Shown in pieces: positions 63,113-64,000 of a DNA stretch of 64,000 bases; positions within the stretch are counted from its first letter, which is position 1; each line of letters starts with the position of its first letter. Source of the DNA: Alphaproteobacteria bacterium (GTDB taxonomy: Bacteria; Pseudomonadota; Alphaproteobacteria; UBA2966); the NCBI GenBank assembly GCA_964291395.2, contig OZ219858.1, positions 1,264,953 through 1,328,952 of the forward strand. Reading direction: 5' to 3'. The translations under genes and the position numbers were made by a program. A model generated the notes under the pieces. That model was not told where the DNA came from. It saw only the letters and a list, made by a program, of their open reading frames with translations, and did not search any database.

Positions 63113-64000
63113 GTGGCGCGTCGCGGCTCCTCTCGAAGACAACGTGGCAGGCCTCTGAATGGCTGGCTTGTCATCGACAAGCCCTCCAGCGTGACATCCG
63201 CCGGAGTGGTTGCGGAGGTCAAACGACGGACGCAGGCAGCCAAGGCGGGACACGGCGGTACCCTGGATCCCTTGGCTACGGGTGTGTTGCCGATCGCCCT
63301 GGGGGAGGCCACGAAAACGGTGCCTTACCTGATGGAGCGATCAAAGACTTATCGATTCACCGTAAAATGGGGAGAGGCTCGTACCACGGACGACGAAGAG
63401 GGCGAAGTAACGGAAACGAGTTCGGTGCGACCCGCGGCCCCCGACATAGAGGCGGCGCTCTCCAAGTTCCACGGCGATATCCAGCAGATACCTCCAACCT
63501 ATTCCGCGATCAAGATAGGGGGACAGCGGGCTTACGATCTTGCCCGCAAGGGACATTCCGTTGAACTCGCACCAAGGTCGGCCCGGATCACGCGATTCGT
63601 GCTGATATCGCGTCGCGACAACAATTACTCAGAGTTCGAGGTCGACTGTGGCAAGGGCACGTACGTGCGAGCCCTCGCCCGCGATCTGGCGGTCGTGCTC
63701 GGAACATGTGGACACGTGGCTCGAATGAGACGGACGCGCGTCGGGCCGTTCGACGAGGACTCCGTATTTTCTCTGGATAATCTTGCCCAACTCGGCCATA
63801 GTGCGGCGCTCTTTGAAGCGATTCTTCCGGTGGAGACCGTGCTGGACGACATCCCGGCGCTGGCCTTGACCGGCCCGCAGGCCGAACGCCTGAGAAGCGG
63901 ACAAATGGTCCGCGTGTCGAATGCCACGGATGGCGTCTACTGCGCACGATCGGCAGAACATCTTGTGGCTTTGGCCGAGGCCAAAGATAGCGAAGTTCGG
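63113..64000 (+). CDS. truB: tRNA pseudouridine(55) synthase, 3' end runs off the window
   Basis: GWLVIDKP, KAGHGGTLDPLATG, QIPPTYSAIK, CGKGTYVRALARDL. Confidence 0.95.
   Translation, partial: MARRGSSRRQRGRPLNGWLVIDKPSSVTSAGVVAEVKRRTQAAKAGHGGTLDPLATGVLPIALGEATKTVPYLMERSKTYRFTVKWGEARTTDDEEGEVTETSSVRPAAPDIEAALSKFHGDIQQIPPTYSAIKIGGQRAYDLARKGHSVELAPRSARITRFVLISRRDNNYSEFEVDCGKGTYVRALARDLAVVLGTCGHVARMRRTRVGPFDEDSVFSLDNLAQLGHSAALFEAILPVETVLDDIPALALTGPQAERLRSGQMVRVSNATDGVYCARSAEHLVALAEAKDSEVR

Overview
GC-rich alphaproteobacterial (Rhodospirillales-like) chromosomal segment, mostly core genes: glmM-folP-ftsH, tilS-cpoB-pal-tolBARQ-ybgC-ruvBAC-yebC, 6S RNA-zapA, thiE-efp-suhB, an orphan OmpA/MotA-like/MotB-like trio, rpmE, metY, a Rieske oxygenase with three SDRs, prpE, dps (perfect Irr/ICE box), purE, def, rpsU, pntAB, indolepyruvate oxidoreductase and infB-rbfA-truB. 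The main accessory element is a ~5.2 kb island between tilS and ftsH. Its intact cargo is a GlcG/HbpS protein, an operon of Tat amidohydrolase + His/Met-rich YtkA-like protein + His/Tyr-type (MauG/MbnH-like) di-heme enzyme, and a DUF6152/DUF6644-like pair. Between these lie relics: a pseudo-tRNA-Glu, IS21, integrase and parD fragments, and one orphan type I-E-like CRISPR repeat. Elsewhere there are signs of erosion or rearrangement: a pepF remnant, an internally deleted ylxR, absence of rimP-nusA, tkt-gap-pgk-fba and purK from their usual places, and a miniature IS1202-family element with a 16-bp TSD. Two genes appear to use non-canonical start codons, and infB has a +1 frameshift that is probably an assembly error. 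All family assignments come from motif recognition by eye; no database search was run.
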